Below are positions 63,791-64,000 of a stretch of DNA of 64,000 nucleotides, piece after piece. A program made the translations under genes and the position numbers. The notes beneath the pieces were generated by a model. That model was given only the letters and a program-made list of their open reading frames with translations. It was not told where the DNA came from and searched no databases. The number at the start of each line of letters is the position of its first letter. Position 1 is the stretch's first letter. The stretch is from an uncultured Clostridia bacterium (GTDB lineage Bacteria > Bacillota > Clostridia > TANB77 > CAG-508), in assembly GCA_947630185.1 (NCBI GenBank), contig CANRGT010000002.1, positions 45,467 through 109,466 on the forward strand, written 5' to 3'.

Positions 63791-64000
63791 AAATAGTTAA
63801 AAACTTAATACTTCTAAAAAAATAAAAAATTTAATAGCCTTCATAAATGCTTAAAATAGTTTCAAATAAAGAATTGTTCAGCGGTGTATACTATTTTAAA
63901 GTAAATTATGAAAAACCAAAGATGGCAAGGGAAAAAGCCATCAAAAAATATGATAAGAGCAAGAATAAAGCCTTTATCATAAGAAAATAAAATATAGGGG

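Noticed and set aside
1-64000. Mobile-element explanation (IS, transposon, prophage or integrative element) for the duplicated adhesin cassettes.
   Set aside because: No transposase, integrase, recombinase or terminal inverted repeats, and no tRNA attachment site, were seen anywhere in the window. The duplication looks like simple tandem duplication with later conversion.

Overview
This is an AT-rich (roughly 70% A+T by eye) chromosomal segment from a spore-forming, low-GC, Clostridia-like Firmicute; SpoIIE, MinC, a class B PBP and RpoB are all present. I saw no rRNA, tRNA, CRISPR array, transposase, integrase or phage genes.

About 57% of the window (about 36 kb) encodes five very large secreted or surface-anchored repeat proteins.
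- A two-gene cassette is tandemly duplicated. It consists of an A-type protein (1736 aa) followed 20 nt later by a B-type protein (1937 aa). The second copy is A2 (1705 aa) plus B2 (1875 aa). Both copies share a conserved promoter/5' UTR, and each ends in a strong terminator.
- A 4842-aa giant protein (43986..58514) has an N-terminal ~1000 aa that forms a third A-type module. This is fused to prealbumin-fold stalk domains, a 7-blade propeller built from near-identical 189-nt repeats, a ~2-kb internal duplication, MucBP-like modules, and Cna-B and DUF11-like modules.

The main observations on this family are:
- A1 and A2 share an ~850-nt, ~98% identical tract with a ~460-nt perfectly identical core, which looks like gene conversion.
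- The B proteins carry N-terminal motifs that match Cys-Gln thioester adhesin domains. B2 has YCIE and KQYAIW, while B1 has Asn at the Gln position.
- All five proteins end in non-LPXTG sorting-like signals (SV[VK]TG or LPPFG, then a TM helix and a basic tail). No sortase gene is present in the window.

The rest of the window is housekeeping or accessory:
- Cell division, sporulation and core genes: minC, spoIIE, acpS, tatD, htpX-lemA, xth and rpoB.
- Envelope and membrane proteins: a WG-repeat protein, a G5/SleB-like hydrolase, an AI-2E transporter and a DUF2298-like membrane protein.
- An OmpR-type two-component system bracketed by a ~31-nt direct repeat.
- rpoB sits in unusual synteny. There is no rplJ/rplL upstream, and a small membrane-protein ORF lies where rpoC would be expected.

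All calls come from reading the sequence and ORF translations. No database search was run.
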